Shown one piece after another: positions 19,948 through 31,334 of a stretch of DNA of 64,000 nucleotides. The DNA is taken from contig JAJNQE010000025.1 of the NCBI GenBank assembly GCA_021154985.1, forward strand, positions 19,026 to 83,025. Reading direction: 5' to 3'. Every line of letters starts with the position of its first letter. Positions within the stretch are counted from its first letter, which is position 1. The notes beneath the pieces are model-generated. The model worked only from the letters and a program-made list of their open reading frames with translations, was not told where the DNA came from and searched no databases. The position numbers were made by a program, and so were the translations under genes. The stretch comes from Hydrogenophaga sp. (GTDB taxonomy: Bacteria > Pseudomonadota > Gammaproteobacteria > Burkholderiales > Burkholderiaceae_C).

Positions 19948-22629
19948 TCAGATCACCACGTTGACCAGGCGGCCGGGCACGACCACCACTTTTTTCGGCG
20001 CAGCGCCGGCGGCCTGTTTGATGAAGGCTTCACTGGCCAACGCCGCCGCCTCGATGGTGGCCTTGTCGGCGTTCGCGGCCACCAGCACGCTGCCGCGCAG
20101 CTTGCCGTTGATCTGGAGCACGAGCTCGATCTCGTCGCGCTGCAGGGCAGCCTCGTCCGGCTGGGGCCAGGGCGCGTCGAGCAGTTCGCCGGGGTAGCCC
20201 AGCTCGGTCCACAGGGTGTGAGCGATGTGCGGCGTGGCGGGGTAGATGCAGCGCAGCAAGATGCCGAAGCTCTCGGCCAGCGCAGCGTTGTCGCCCGCAC
20301 TGCCGTCGGGCTTGAAGTCTTCCAGGGCGTTGAGCATCTTCATCGCGCCCGACACCACGGTGTTGTATTGCATGCGCTGGTAGTCGTAGTCCACCTGCTT
20401 GAGCACGGTGTGCATCTCCAGCCGCAGCGCCTTCGCAGCTTTGGACAGCGACTGCGTCGACACGCCGGCCGCGAGCGCGCCCAGGCCGCTGGTGGCCGAG
20501 AGCTTCAGGCCGAAGGCCCAGACGCGACGCAGGAAACGGTAGCTGCCCTCCACCGCCGCGTCGTTCCACTCCAGCGTGGCCTCGGGCGGTGCGGTGAACA
20601 TGGTGTACAGGCGTGCGGTGTCGGCGCCGTACTTCTCGATCAGGTCTTGCGGGTCCACACCGTTGTTCTTCGACTTCGACATGGTGCCCACGCCCTCGTA
20701 GTCGATGGGCGTGCCCACAGGCAACAGGCCGTCGCCGCTGGTGGCCGGGTTCTTGAGTTTGGCGCCCACCACCTTGCCGGTTTCATCGAGCACGTTTTCG
20801 ACGTCGTGCGGCCAGAAATAGTCTTTGCCACCCTTGGCGGTGCGCCGGCTGTAGATGTGGTTGAGCACCATGCCCTGCGTGAGCAGGTGGGTGAAGGGCT
20901 CGTCCACCTTCACCAGCCCCAGGTCGCGCATCACCTTGGTCCAGAAGCGCGCGTAGAGCAGGTGCAGGATGGCGTGTTCGATGCCGCCGATGTACTGGTC
21001 CATCGGCATCCAGTACTCCGCGCCTTCAGCCACCATCTTGTCGCTGTTGGTCGGGTCGCAGTAGCGCATGAAGTACCACGACGAGTCCACGAAGGTGTCC
21101 ATGGTGTCGGTCTCGCGGCGCGCGCTCTGCCCGCACACCGGGCAGACCACGCCGGCGTGAAAGCCTTCGTGCTTGTGCAGCGGGTTGCCCGAGCCGTCGG
21201 GAATGCAGTCCTGCGGCAGCACGACCGGCAGGTCTTTCTCGGGCACGGGCACCGCGCCGTGTTCAGGGCAGTGAATGATGGGGATCGGCGTGCCCCAGTA
21301 GCGCTGGCGGCTCACGCCCCAGTCGCGCAGACGCCAGGTGGTTTTTTTCTCGCCGAGGCCTTTGGCCGCGAGCTGAGCGGCCACGGCGTCCACGGCCACC
21401 TTGTACGGCAGGCCGTCAAAGGCGCCGGAGTTCACACAAACAGCACGCTGCTTGTCACCGTACCAATCGGCCCAGGCGTCCTGGTTGAAAGTCTCGCCCT
21501 CCACCGTCACCACCGGCTTGATCGCAATGCCGTACTTCTTCGCGAATGCGAAATCGCGCTCGTCGTGCGCCGGCACGCCCATCACCGCGCCGTCGCCGTA
21601 ACTCATCAGCACGTAATTGCCCACCCACACATCCACCTCCTCGCCGGTGATCGGATGCGTGACGGACAAGCCGGTGGCCATGCCCTTCTTCTCTTGCGTG
21701 GCCAGCTCGGCTTCGGTGGTACCGCCGGTCTTGCATTCTTCGATGAACGCGGCGAGCGCCGGGTTGGTCGATGCCGCGTGCGTGGCCAGCGGGTGCTCGG
21801 GCGCCACGGCGCAGAAGGTCACGCCCATGATGGTGTCGGCGCGCGTGGTGAACACATACATGCGACCGCCGCCAATGGGCTCACCGCTGGCGTCCTGGAT
21901 CGTGTGCGGGAAGGCAAAGCGCACGCCCTCGCTCTTGCCGATCCAGTTTTCCTGCATCAGGCGCACCTTGTCGGGCCAGCCATTGAGGGTGGCCTTGGGG
22001 TTGCCGATCTGCACGTGGTCGAGCAGTTCTTCGGCGTACGCGGTGATGTTCAGGTAGTAGCCCGGAATCTCCCGCTTCTCGACCACCGCGCCGGTGCGCC
22101 AGCCCTTGCCGTCGATCACCTGCTCGTTGGCCAGCACGGTCATGTCCACCGGGTCCCAGTTCACCACCTGGGTCTTGCGGTACGCAATGCCCTTCTCCAG
22201 CATCTTCAGGAACAGCCACTGGTTCCATTTGTAGTAGCTCGGGTCGCAGGTGGCTACTTCGCGCGACCAGTCGATGGCCAGGCCCATGGCCTGCATCTGC
22301 TGCTTCATGTAGGCGATGTTTTCGTACGTCCACCTCGCCGGCGGCACCCCGTTTTTGATCGCTGCGTTTTCGGCCGGCAGGCCAAAGGCATCCCAGCCCA
22401 TGGGCATGAGCACGTTGTGGCCGTTCATGCGCAGCTGGCGCGCCAGCATGTCGTTGATGGTGTAGTTGCGCACATGGCCCATGTGCAGCTTGCCGCTGGG
22501 GTAGGGCAGCATGGAGCAGGCGTAGAACTTCTTCTTGCCCGCGTCTTCCGTCACGCGGTAGGCGTCGGTGGCGTTCCAGTGGGCGTGCGCGGCGCGCTCG
22601 ACATCCTTGTGGGCGTATTTTTCTTGCAT
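19948..22629 (-). CDS. leuS: leucine--tRNA ligase
   Basis: [11 protein letters not shown] (HIGH), [12 protein letters not shown] (KMSKS), FTTRADT editing domain. Confidence 0.98.
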   Translation of the reverse strand: MQEKYAHKDVERAAHAHWNATDAYRVTEDAGKKKFYACSMLPYPSGKLHMGHVRNYTINDMLARQLRMNGHNVLMPMGWDAFGLPAENAAIKNGVPPARWTYENIAYMKQQMQAMGLAIDWSREVATCDPSYYKWNQWLFLKMLEKGIAYRKTQVVNWDPVDMTVLANEQVIDGKGWRTGAVVEKREIPGYYLNITAYAEELLDHVQIGNPKATLNGWPDKVRLMQENWIGKSEGVRFAFPHTIQDASGEPIGGGRMYVFTTRADTIMGVTFCAVAPEHPLATHAASTNPALAAFIEECKTGGTTEAELATQEKKGMATGLSVTHPITGEEVDVWVGNYVLMSYGDGAVMGVPAHDERDFAFAKKYGIAIKPVVTVEGETFNQDAWADWYGDKQRAVCVNSGAFDGLPYKVAVDAVAAQLAAKGLGEKKTTWRLRDWGVSRQRYWGTPIPIIHCPEHGAVPVPEKDLPVVLPQDCIPDGSGNPLHKHEGFHAGVVCPVCGQSARRETDTMDTFVDSSWYFMRYCDPTNSDKMVAEGAEYWMPMDQYIGGIEHAILHLLYARFWTKVMRDLGLVKVDEPFTHLLTQGMVLNHIYSRRTAKGGKDYFWPHDVENVLDETGKVVGAKLKNPATSGDGLLPVGTPIDYEGVGTMSKSKNNGVDPQDLIEKYGADTARLYTMFTAPPEATLEWNDAAVEGSYRFLRRVWAFGLKLSATSGLGALAAGVSTQSLSKAAKALRLEMHTVLKQVDYDYQRMQYNTVVSGAMKMLNALEDFKPDGSAGDNAALAESFGILLRCIYPATPHIAHTLWTELGYPGELLDAPWPQPDEAALQRDEIELVLQINGKLRGSVLVAANADKATIEAAALASEAFIKQAAGAAPKKVVVVPGRLVNVVI

Positions 22630-22740
22630 GAACCAGGGGCCGGACGAGCCGGTGACGGTGAGGAAAGAAGCTGCGCGCAGCGGCGCGGGAGATGCCGGAT
22701 TTTAGGCCTTGGGCTGTGCGCTGCCCGTGGGCGCGGCCAT

Positions 22741-23172
22741 TCAGCGGGGTGCGGTCGACTCGGCCACAAAGCCGATGCGCGAGAGCCCGGCCGATTGCGC
22801 CATGCCGATCAGCGCGACCACACGGCCATACGGCACGCTGGCGTCGGCGCGCAGCTGCAGTTCGGTGGCCGGGTCGCGCTGCGCGGCCTCCAGCAGGCGC
22901 TGGCGCAGCGACGCGTCGTCCACGGCCTCACCGTTCCACTGCATGCGCCCCTGACCATCGACCGACAGCGACACGGAAGGCCCGGGCTGCGCGGGCGTGG
23001 CCGCCTTCGGCAGCTCGGCCTTGGGCAGCTCCAGCGCCAGCCGGTCGGCCATGAAAGGCGCTGCAATGATGAAGATGATCAGCAGCACCAGCATCACGTC
23101 CACCAATGGCGTGACGTTGATCTCGCTCATGGGTTTGTGGCCCACCGGTTTTTCGAGCCTGCCGAAGCTCAT
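22741..23172 (-). CDS. exbD: biopolymer transporter ExbD/TolR
   Basis: EINVTPLVDVMLVLLIIF. Confidence 0.9.
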   Translation of the reverse strand: MSFGRLEKPVGHKPMSEINVTPLVDVMLVLLIIFIIAAPFMADRLALELPKAELPKAATPAQPGPSVSLSVDGQGRMQWNGEAVDDASLRQRLLEAAQRDPATELQLRADASVPYGRVVALIGMAQSAGLSRIGFVAESTAPR

Positions 23173-23837
23173 GCGGTGTGCACCATGAGTTCGCGCAAGT
23201 CACGCGCAAAGCCTTCGAGGTCGGCCTCGATGCGCGCGATCTGGCGACCCAGCACGTTGTAGGCGAGCACCGCAGGAATCGCCACCACCAGCCCGGCGGC
23301 CGTCATCACCAGCGCCTCACCCACCGGGCCGGAAACCTGCTCGATGCGGAACCCGCCATCGAGCCCGATGCCGGTGAGCGCGTTGTAGATACCCCAGACC
23401 GTGCCCAGCAGCCCCACGAAAGGCGCGGTGGAGCCGACAGTGGCCAACAGCACCTGGCCGTACTGCAGGCGGTGCAGCACGCGGTGCAGGGCATCGCGCA
23501 GCACGCGGGTGAGTTGTTGTGACCGGTCGCCCGCAGCGGCCAAGGTGTGGGGCGCGGTGGCCTTCAAACCCAGGGCCGCCTGCAACAGCGGCAACACGAG
23601 TTGCTGCGCATCGAACGTGCCCAAGCGGCGTTGGGCATCGTCCAGATCGGCGGCTTGCCAGAAGGCGGCTGTGCTCAACTGCAGGTCGCGCACGGCGCGG
23701 CGCAGCAGCCAGCCTTTCCAGAGAATCACCACCCAGCTCGCCACCGACATGGCCAGCAACAGCAGCGCAACCGCGCGGCCGAGCGCATCGGCCTGCGCCA
23801 GCGTCTGCAGCAGACCCTGGCCCACGCCGTCGGTCAT
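23169..23837 (-). CDS. exbB: MotA/TolQ/ExbB proton channel protein
   Basis: [36 protein letters not shown]. Confidence 0.88.
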   Translation of the reverse strand: MTDGVGQGLLQTLAQADALGRAVALLLLAMSVASWVVILWKGWLLRRAVRDLQLSTAAFWQAADLDDAQRRLGTFDAQQLVLPLLQAALGLKATAPHTLAAAGDRSQQLTRVLRDALHRVLHRLQYGQVLLATVGSTAPFVGLLGTVWGIYNALTGIGLDGGFRIEQVSGPVGEALVMTAAGLVVAIPAVLAYNVLGRQIARIEADLEGFARDLRELMVHTA

Positions 23838-24652
23838 TTCAGATTGAGCACGTCGAACATGTCGAACAGACCCGAAGTCTTGCCCGCCAGGAAGCGCACC
23901 GCGCGCAAGCTGCCCTGCGCGTAGGTGGCACGGCTGCTCGACTTGTGGGTGATCTCGATGCGCTCGCCGGTGCCGGCGAACAGCACGGTGTGGTCGCCCA
24001 CGATATCGCCACCACGGATGGTGGCGAAACCGATGGAAGACGGATCGCGTTCGCCGGTGACGGCTTCGCGCGCGTAGACCGCGCAGTCTTTCAGGTCACG
24101 ACCCAGCGCGTCGGCGATCACCTCACCCATCTTCAGCGCGGTGCCGCTGGGCGCATCCACCTTGTGGCGGTGGTGGGCCTCGATGATCTCGATGTCGTAG
24201 CCGGTGGCCATGGCCTTGGCCGCCATCTCCAGCAGCTTGAGCGTGACGTTCACGCCCACGCTCATGTTGGGCGCCATCACGATGGCGATGGACTTCGCCG
24301 CCTCGGCGATTTCGGCCTTTTGCGCATCGCTGAAACCGGTGGTGCCGATGACCGCATTCACGCCGTGTTTCGCACATTCGCGCAGGTGCGCCAGCGTGCC
24401 CTCGGGGCGGGTGAAGTCGATCAGCACCTGGCTGCCGCGCAAGCCCTGGGCGAGGTCGGCGGTGATGCGAACGCCGCTGGCCTGACCGGCAAAACCCGCG
24501 GCGTCCTGGCCCAGCATGGGGCTGCCTTCGATGTCGAGCGCGCCGCTGAGCTGGCAATCGCCGCTGCTGCGCACGGCCTCCACCAGCATCTGGCCCATGC
24601 GGCCGCTGGCGCCCGCCACGCACACAAGGTGCAGATTCGCGCCGCCGCTCAT
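23834..24652 (-). CDS. dapB: 4-hydroxy-tetrahydrodipicolinate reductase
   Basis: [28 protein letters not shown]. Confidence 0.97.
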   Translation of the reverse strand: MSGGANLHLVCVAGASGRMGQMLVEAVRSSGDCQLSGALDIEGSPMLGQDAAGFAGQASGVRITADLAQGLRGSQVLIDFTRPEGTLAHLRECAKHGVNAVIGTTGFSDAQKAEIAEAAKSIAIVMAPNMSVGVNVTLKLLEMAAKAMATGYDIEIIEAHHRHKVDAPSGTALKMGEVIADALGRDLKDCAVYAREAVTGERDPSSIGFATIRGGDIVGDHTVLFAGTGERIEITHKSSSRATYAQGSLRAVRFLAGKTSGLFDMFDVLNLK

Positions 24653-25248
24653 CGCGCCGTCCCCGGGGTCTCCAGGGGTGGGTAGCTGGCGGCGGGGGTG
24701 GCTGCAGGCGCCGCAGGCTCCACCGGCGCGGGGGTCTTGTTGCGCTCGTCAAAAGCTTTCAGCTGGGCCTCGGTGGCCTGCAGCGGAGGCACCTTGCCAA
24801 AGCGGCGACCGGCGTCGAGCGAGGCCACGAACTCGGCTTCGCTCGGCAGCTCGTCGGCCTCGAACCTTTCGAGCACGTTGGCCTTGAAGAACGCCGTCAG
24901 GCGGCGCTGCTGGGGCGCCTGGCCCTGGCGGCGAAAGGTGAACACGTAGTCCCAGCGATCGGCGTGGAACACACTGGTCAGCAAGGGCGAACCCAGGATG
25001 TCGCGCACCTGGTCGCGGCCCATGCCGGGCTGCAGGGCCGCGGCCTGCTCGCGCGTGACCACGTTGCCTTGCAGGATGTCGATCTTGTACGGCGTGACGA
25101 CGCTGGAGATGCCCGGCAAGCGGCTGGTGACGCTGGAACACGCCGACAGCGCAACCAGCGAGGCCACGGCACACAGCAGGGCAACCGGGCGGTAAGGTCG
25201 CTGACCACGCGGGGTCGGGGAGGCGCAATCGGGTGAGTGTTGGAGCAT
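24649..25248 (-). CDS. bamE: outer membrane protein assembly factor BamE
   Basis: LSAC lipobox, [28 protein letters not shown]; start uncertain; divergent from fur. Confidence 0.9.
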   Translation of the reverse strand: MLQHSPDCASPTPRGQRPYRPVALLCAVASLVALSACSSVTSRLPGISSVVTPYKIDILQGNVVTREQAAALQPGMGRDQVRDILGSPLLTSVFHADRWDYVFTFRRQGQAPQQRRLTAFFKANVLERFEADELPSEAEFVASLDAGRRFGKVPPLQATEAQLKAFDERNKTPAPVEPAAPAATPAASYPPLETPGTAR

Positions 25249-25406
25249 GGGATCGGACCGTGAATGGGGCGCGCGCGCTGGCGTTGCCGGGGCAAAAATG
25301 CAGCGTGCGCCAGACGCTGGCGATATGATGCTTTCATTGTAGTCTTGGGGCTTGAAGGCACCGCAAAGAGCCCACCCGCCCCACTCCACGCGCCACGCGC
25401 ACCGCC

Positions 25407-25847
25407 ATGACCAACATCGAAGAACTCAAGAACACCGGACTGAAAGCCACGCTGCCCCGGCTGAAGATCCTGGAGGTGTTCCAGAACGCCAAGCAGCGCC
25501 ACATGACGGCCGAAGATGTGTTCCGTGTGCTGCTCGAAGAGCGTTCCGACATCGGCCTGGCCACGGTCTACCGCGTGCTGATGCAGTTTGAACAGGCCGG
25601 TCTGCTCACGCGCAGCAACTTCGAGTCGGGCAAGGCGGTGTACGAGCTCAACGAAGGTCAGCACCACGACCACCTGGTGTGCCTGGACTGCGGTCGCGTG
25701 GAAGAGTTCTTTGACGCCGAGATCGAAAAGCGTCAGCAGATGGTGGCCAAGACGCGGGGCTTCGTGCTGCAGGAGCACGCGCTCTCGCTCTACGCCAACT
25801 GCACCAAGACCGACTGTCCGCACAAGGGCCAGTCACACAGGGCCTGA
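25407..25847 (+). CDS. fur: ferric uptake regulator
   Basis: [32 protein letters not shown]. Confidence 0.97.
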   Translation: MTNIEELKNTGLKATLPRLKILEVFQNAKQRHMTAEDVFRVLLEERSDIGLATVYRVLMQFEQAGLLTRSNFESGKAVYELNEGQHHDHLVCLDCGRVEEFFDAEIEKRQQMVAKTRGFVLQEHALSLYANCTKTDCPHKGQSHRA

Positions 25848-25852
25848 GGCGC

Positions 25853-26803
25853 TCACTCCCCGCGCGACATGGCCGCGCGGTGGCGCGAAACGAATTCCTG
25901 GTAGGTGTCGATGCCGCGCAGTTGCAGGATGGTGTTGCGCACAGCGGCCTCCACCAGCACGGCGATGTTGCGCCCCGCCACCACCTGAATCACGGCCTTG
26001 CGCACCGGCACGCCGAGCACGTCCTGGTACAGCGGCTCGTGGGGCATGCGCTCGTAGTCACGCTCCAGCGTTTCCCGGCGGACCAGGTGCACGATGAGCG
26101 ACAGGCGCATCTTGCGGCGCACCGCCGTCTCGCCAAAGATGGCCTTGATGTCGAGCAGGCCGATGCCGCGCACCTCGAGCAAGTTCTGCAGCAGCTCGGG
26201 ACAGCGGCCCTCGATGCTGGTCTGGTTGATGCGGTACAGGTCCACCGCGTCGTCGGCCACCAGGCCATGACCACGCGAAATGAGTTCGAGCCCGAGTTCG
26301 CTTTTGCCCAGGCCCGATTCGCCGGTGATCATGACGCCCATGCCCAGGATGTCCATGAACACGCCGTGCATGGAAGCGCGATCGGCAAAATGGCGCGAGA
26401 GGTAGGCGCGCAGCACGTCGATGACAAAAGCCGCCGACTCGTGCGTGGAGAACATCGGGATTTGAGCCCGCTCGCACATGGCGGTGAGCGCATCGGGTGC
26501 GGTCTGGCCATCGGCCACCACCAGCACCGGCGGCTCTAGCGTGACGATGCGCGCCACGCGGCGCTTGTTGTCTTCTTCGTTCGGGCTCGTGAGGTAGGCG
26601 ACTTCGCGTTCGCCGAACACCTGCACCCGGTAAGGGTGAATGTAGTTGAGGTAGCCGACCAGATCGGCGCCGGAACGGGCGGCGCGAATGGCCACCTCGT
26701 CAAACCGCCGCTCGGAAGCACCGAGGCCGGCGATCCACTGCCACTTCAGGGCATCCCGATGGTCCTCAAAGAGGACATCGGCGCTGACGACGGTGGGTTT
26801 CAA
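25853..26803 (-). CDS. hprK: HPr kinase/phosphorylase
   Basis: [28 protein letters not shown] start. Confidence 0.95.
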   Translation of the reverse strand: MKPTVVSADVLFEDHRDALKWQWIAGLGASERRFDEVAIRAARSGADLVGYLNYIHPYRVQVFGEREVAYLTSPNEEDNKRRVARIVTLEPPVLVVADGQTAPDALTAMCERAQIPMFSTHESAAFVIDVLRAYLSRHFADRASMHGVFMDILGMGVMITGESGLGKSELGLELISRGHGLVADDAVDLYRINQTSIEGRCPELLQNLLEVRGIGLLDIKAIFGETAVRRKMRLSLIVHLVRRETLERDYERMPHEPLYQDVLGVPVRKAVIQVVAGRNIAVLVEAAVRNTILQLRGIDTYQEFVSRHRAAMSRGE

Positions 26804-26809
26804 ACTGGC

Positions 26810-27280
26810 TTATGCCGCGGCGTGGGCCGATTGCCAGGACGTGATCTGTTTGTGCAGTGCAACCGCGTCGATCGACGTCTTCATCTGTTCACGCAAACCG
26901 CTGTCGCTCAGCAGTTCGGCGATCTCGGAGAGGATTTCCAGGTGCTTCTGGGTGGCCGCTTCGGGCACCAGCAGAAAGATCATCAGTTGCACCGGCAGTT
27001 CGTCCGGCGCGTCAAAACCGATGGGACTGGCCAGCTGAAAGACAGCGGCCAGTGGTTGTTTCAGGCCTTTGATGCGGCCGTGGGGAATGGCCACGCCATG
27101 ACCCAGGCCCGTAGAGCCGAGGCGCTCGCGGGCGAACAGGCTGTCGGTGATGAGCGCGCGATTGAGTCCGTGAAGGGTCTCGAAAAGCAGGCCCGCTTCT
27201 TCAAAAGCGCGTTTCTTGCTGGTGGCGTCAACGCTGACGAGCACTTGCGCAGCGGGCAATATGGCGGATAGTCGGTTCAT
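26810..27280 (-). CDS. ptsN: PTS nitrogen regulatory IIA protein
   Basis: RERLGSTGLGHGVAIPHGR. Confidence 0.93.
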   Translation of the reverse strand: MNRLSAILPAAQVLVSVDATSKKRAFEEAGLLFETLHGLNRALITDSLFARERLGSTGLGHGVAIPHGRIKGLKQPLAAVFQLASPIGFDAPDELPVQLMIFLLVPEAATQKHLEILSEIAELLSDSGLREQMKTSIDAVALHKQITSWQSAHAAA

Positions 27281-27341
27281 GTGAGCCCTCTTGGAGCGCA
27301 AATTATGACCAGTTGAGCGCTGTTGGCTAGACTGAGGGCAC

Positions 27342-27369
27342 AAAAAAGCCGCTTGACTTTCCAAGCGGC
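27342..27369 (-). terminator. intrinsic terminator after hpf
   Basis: minus strand GCCGCTTG-GAAAGT-CAAGCGGC-TTTTTT. Confidence 0.75.
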
Positions 27370-27423
27370 CTGCTGCAGCGCAGCATCGGGTTTTCCCGCA
27401 CGGGCCGTGGCCCGTGACATCCG

Positions 27424-27753
27424 TCACATCAAACGCTTCACCGAGTCGTGGTGGTGGTCTTGCGTCTTGTCCTTGTAGCGCAAAACCTGCCGGTCCAGCT
27501 TGTCGGCAAGTTCGTCCACGGCGGCGTACAGGTCGGCGTGAGCGCTTTCGGCGAACAGGTCACGCCCCTTGACGTGGATGTTGCACTCCGCCTTCTGCCG
27601 CAGGTCTTTCTCCTTCAGGTTGTCCACCGTCAGCAGCACCTTCATGTCGACCACCTGGTCGAAGTGTCGGGATATGCGTTCGAGTTTGCTGGTGACGTAA
27701 CCGCGCAGGGCGGGTGTGACCTCAAGGTGGTGACCGCTGATCGTCAGGTTCAT
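27424..27753 (-). CDS. hpf: ribosome hibernation promoting factor (HPF/RaiA)
   Basis: [27 protein letters not shown]...KLDRQV; GGAGG RBS. Confidence 0.93.
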   Translation of the reverse strand: MNLTISGHHLEVTPALRGYVTSKLERISRHFDQVVDMKVLLTVDNLKEKDLRQKAECNIHVKGRDLFAESAHADLYAAVDELADKLDRQVLRYKDKTQDHHHDSVKRLM

Positions 27754-28026
27754 AGAAGAGCCTCCATATGCTCCGGGTTGAGACAAGCCGCCTGGGGCAA
27801 GACCTCCCGACGGCCACGGGGATGTCTTGAGCCCACTATGCCGACGAAGACACCCCGGCGCAAGCCTCAGTCGAAAGAAAACGTGACTTCTTGATCGGCA
27901 TCAGGGTTGCCCCGGTGCGCAGCGGCGGCGTGAGGGGCCGCAATCGGATCGACAGGCGGTGCCTCAAACCGCGATCAACCCGACTGGCAGTGAGGCCTTG
28001 TTCGCGCAAGCGCCTGGGCCACGCCT

Positions 28027-28377
28027 TTAGGACCGCTCGCAGCGTCCCTGCGCAGTGGCCTGCCCGCGAAAGTCGCTGCTCCAGGTCTGGGCGGCGGTGT
28101 CGATCTGGATGCGTTCGTTGTCGATCGAGGTCAGGATCACCGTCTCCTGGATGGCGAAGGTGTACACCGGCACACCGTCGATCTGCACCGCGCGCACGCG
28201 CTTCTTGTCGTAAGCGATGTTGACCGTGCGGGTCCAGGTGGTGCGGGCGGGCAGGTACACCGCCTCGCAGACGAGGGTGACCTCGTTGGCCTGCGTGGCG
28301 GGGGCGGGCTTGTTTTGCGCCATGGCCAAGGGCAGCGCAACGGCCAGGCTGGCCGCCGTGATCAACGCCGCTTTCAT
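28027..28377 (-). CDS. hypothetical secreted protein
   Basis: signal peptide, two Cys, GC-biased codon use; start overlaps the pduO-like stop. Confidence 0.65.
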   Translation of the reverse strand: MKAALITAASLAVALPLAMAQNKPAPATQANEVTLVCEAVYLPARTTWTRTVNIAYDKKRVRAVQIDGVPVYTFAIQETVILTSIDNERIQIDTAAQTWSSDFRGQATAQGRCERS

Positions 28378-28940
28378 TCGGCCGCACCCTGGGCCATGCG
28401 TTCGCTTTTCCAGTACACATCGTCACCGCCATTCATGCGGTTGAGCACCCGGGCCAGCACAAACATCAGGTCGCTCAGGCGGTTGAGGTACTGGCGTGGC
28501 GTGTCTTTCAGCGCTTCTTCGTTGCCCAGCGCCACCACGGCGCGTTCGGCGCGGCGCGCCACGGTGCGGCACACGTGGGCCTGGCTGGCGGCGCGCGAGC
28601 CAGCGGGCAAGATGAATTCCTGCAGGCGCGGCAAGGCTTCGTTGTGGGTGGCCAGCGCTTCATCGAGGGCGATCACGGCCTCGGGCTTGAGCAGCTCGAA
28701 GCCGGGGATGGACAGTTCGCCACCCAAGTTGAAAAGCTGGTGCTGGATTTCCACCAGCAGGGTGCGCACATCGGGCGCCATGTCTTCGCAGAGCAGCACG
28801 CCGATGTGGGAGTTGAGTTCGTCCACATCGCCCATGGCGTGCACGCGCAGGCTGTTTTTGGAGACGCGGGTGTTGTCGCCCAGGCCGGTGGTGCCGGCGT
28901 CGCCGGTTCGGGTGGCGATCTGGGTGAGGCGGTTGCCCAT
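28374..28940 (-). CDS. ATP:cob(I)alamin adenosyltransferase (PduO type)
   Basis: TRTGDAGTTGL, GDVDELNS, RTVARRAER, YLNRLSD. Confidence 0.93.
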   Translation of the reverse strand: MGNRLTQIATRTGDAGTTGLGDNTRVSKNSLRVHAMGDVDELNSHIGVLLCEDMAPDVRTLLVEIQHQLFNLGGELSIPGFELLKPEAVIALDEALATHNEALPRLQEFILPAGSRAASQAHVCRTVARRAERAVVALGNEEALKDTPRQYLNRLSDLMFVLARVLNRMNGGDDVYWKSERMAQGAAE

Positions 28941-29121
28941 GGGGAGTCCTTGCGGTGAAGACGGGGTTCTGGATTGTGCAACGCGGGCACTGCCGTAACG
29001 GGGTGCAGGGAAATGTGTCTGAGGCAAGCGGGTGGTTCGCGGGGCAACAGGGCGCAAAACCGCTGGCTCACGGTGCGCGCATGGGTGCTAATGGCCACCT
29101 GTTCACTCTCAGGAGACCCCG

Positions 29122-29355
29122 ATGACGCAACGCCGACAACGACTCGCCGACTTCGAAGCCCGCAGTGTGCAACTGATCGCAGCCTGCACGCTCGGCCTGG
29201 CCGGCATGGCCAGCGTGCCGCCGGCTCACGCCGCGCGCATCACCGGCCAGGCCACCAGCCTCACGGGCGCCACCAGCTCCACAGCAGCCGCAAGCCATGC
29301 GCGGGTCTCGCGCGCCCCGGCCGCCGTGCTGCAAGCCGGGAAAGTCCGCCGCTGA
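29122..29355 (+). CDS. small hypothetical protein
   Basis: AGGAGA RBS before ATG; signal-peptide-like hydrophobic stretch ending in AHA. Confidence 0.45.
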   Translation: MTQRRQRLADFEARSVQLIAACTLGLAGMASVPPAHAARITGQATSLTGATSSTAAASHARVSRAPAAVLQAGKVRR

Positions 29356-29434
29356 GCGGGCACCCGCAAGACACCGCACCGGGGGATGCGGGCTTAAACT
29401 GACCGGCTGCACAAAACAGCCTGGAGACAAGCCC

Positions 29435-30859
29435 ATGAACGCCCCCACCGCCCTCAGCCACCTCGCCCCCGAAGTTCACCAGCGCGCCGTGTCGGCCGAG
29501 TTCATGGCGGCGCTGCAGGCCCGCTTTGGCGCGCAATGTTCCACCGCCCTGGTGGTGCGCGAGCAGCACGGGCGCGACGAATCGGTGTACGAGGTGCCGC
29601 CCCCAGCCGCCGTGGTGTTCGCCCAGAACACGCAGGACGTGGCCGACGCGGTGAAGCTGGCGGCGCAGTACCGTGTCCCGGTGATCCCGTTCGGCGTGGG
29701 CTCCTCGCTTGAAGGTCACCTGCTCGCGGTGCAGGGTGGCATCAGCATCGACGTGAGCCGCATGAACAGCGTGCTCGCCATCAACGCCGAGGACCTCACC
29801 GTGACGGTGCAGCCCGGCGTGACGCGCAAGGCGGTGAACGAAGCGGTGAAGAGCGAAGGTTTGTTCTTCCCGATCGACCCGGGCGCGGACGCGTCCATCG
29901 GCGGCATGAGCGCTACGCGGGCCAGCGGCACGAACGCCGTGCGCTACGGCACCATGCGCGAGAACGTGCTCGCGCTCGAAGTGGTGACCGCCCAAGGCGA
30001 GATCATCCGCACCGGCACGCGCGCCAAAAAATCATCGGCCGGCTACGACCTCACCCGCCTGATGGTGGGCAGCGAAGGCACGCTGGGCGTCATGACCGAG
30101 ATCACGCTCAGGCTGTATCCGCTGCCCGAAGCGATTTCGGCGGCCACCTGCTCGTTCCCGTCCATCGAAGCCGCCGTGCGCACCGTGATCCAGGTGATCC
30201 AGCTCGGCGTGCCCATTGCGCGCTGCGAGCTGATCGACCACAACACCGTGCGCATGGTCAACGCGCACAGCAAGCTCGGCCTGCGCGAAGAAAACATGCT
30301 GCTCATGGAGTTCCACGGTTCGCCTGCGAGCGTGAAGGAACAGGCCGAGACGGTGCAGGAAATTGCCAACGACTTCGGTGGCCAGGCATTCCAATGGGCC
30401 GACACGCCCGAGGAGCGCACGCGCCTGTGGACCGCGCGGCACAACGCCTACTTTGCGGCCATCCAGAGCAAGCCGGGCTGCCGCGCCATCAGCACCGACA
30501 CCTGCGTGCCCATCAGCAAACTCGCCGACTGCCTGCTCGACTCGGTGAGCGAGGCCGATGCGGCCGGCCTGCCCTACTTCCTGGTCGGCCATGTGGGCGA
30601 CGGCAACTTCCACTTCGGTTATTTGATCGACCCCAACAAGCCCGAGGAGCACACGCTGGCCGAGCAGCTCAATCACAAGCTGGTGGCACGCGCGCTCAGC
30701 TTGGAGGGCACCTGCACCGGCGAACACGGCGTGGGCCTGCACAAGATGGACTTTCTGCTCACCGAAGCCGGCAGCGGCGCGGTCGACATGATGCGCACCA
30801 TCAAGCGCGCGCTCGACCCGGACAACATCATGAATCCGGGCAAGATCTTTTCGCTGTGA
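29435..30859 (+). CDS. FAD-linked oxidase (D-lactate dehydrogenase/GlcD family)
   Basis: PFGVGSSLEG, GSEGTLG, GHVGDGNFH, GEHGVG, DPDNIMNPGK. Confidence 0.92.
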   Translation: MNAPTALSHLAPEVHQRAVSAEFMAALQARFGAQCSTALVVREQHGRDESVYEVPPPAAVVFAQNTQDVADAVKLAAQYRVPVIPFGVGSSLEGHLLAVQGGISIDVSRMNSVLAINAEDLTVTVQPGVTRKAVNEAVKSEGLFFPIDPGADASIGGMSATRASGTNAVRYGTMRENVLALEVVTAQGEIIRTGTRAKKSSAGYDLTRLMVGSEGTLGVMTEITLRLYPLPEAISAATCSFPSIEAAVRTVIQVIQLGVPIARCELIDHNTVRMVNAHSKLGLREENMLLMEFHGSPASVKEQAETVQEIANDFGGQAFQWADTPEERTRLWTARHNAYFAAIQSKPGCRAISTDTCVPISKLADCLLDSVSEADAAGLPYFLVGHVGDGNFHFGYLIDPNKPEEHTLAEQLNHKLVARALSLEGTCTGEHGVGLHKMDFLLTEAGSGAVDMMRTIKRALDPDNIMNPGKIFSL

Positions 30860-30962
30860 CGCACAGCCAGCTCCGGTCTTGAGCCCAAGGGATGACCCGC
30901 TCCCGAACGGCTTTTGGGGTGGCTAGGATGAAAGTCCTTTCATCCCCATTCACGGAGGTCAC

Positions 30963-31295
30963 ATGGCAGGCTGGTACGAACTGAACAAGAACGACAAGGG
31001 GCAACACTCGTTTGTCTTGAAAGCGGGCAATGGCGAGGTGATTCTGCGAAGCGAGTCGTACGAGTCGCGGGCATCGGCAGAAAACGGCATCGCATCGGTG
31101 CAGAAAAACAGCCCGAATGGATCGGCTTACACGCACAGCGATGCGTCGGACGGCCGCTTCTATTTCAATCTCAAGGCCGCCAACCACCAGGTCATCGGCA
31201 CCAGCCAGATGTACAAGACCGCGGCCGCGCGTCAGGCCGGCATGGAGTCGGTGAAGACCAACGGCCCCACCACGATCATCAAAGAAGGCGCTTGA
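30963..31295 (+). CDS. YegP/DUF1508 family protein
   Basis: two repeats of F.LKA.N.(E/Q)VI..S(E/Q).Y; GGAGG RBS. Confidence 0.9.
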   Translation: MAGWYELNKNDKGQHSFVLKAGNGEVILRSESYESRASAENGIASVQKNSPNGSAYTHSDASDGRFYFNLKAANHQVIGTSQMYKTAAARQAGMESVKTNGPTTIIKEGA

Positions 31296-31334
31296 GGCGC
31301 CGGTCGGGCGGCGGCTTGCGCGGCCGCTGCCCCA

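Noticed and set aside
19405..23262. 1285-aa plus-strand ORF and similar long antisense ORFs (e.g. 10704-12599, 12730-14961, 39824-42079)
   Set aside because: Shadow ORFs opposite well-supported genes, expected in high-GC DNA; no protein motifs.
25320..25345. Fur box between bamE and fur
   Set aside because: GATATGATGCTTTCATTG matches the 19-bp consensus too weakly to call.
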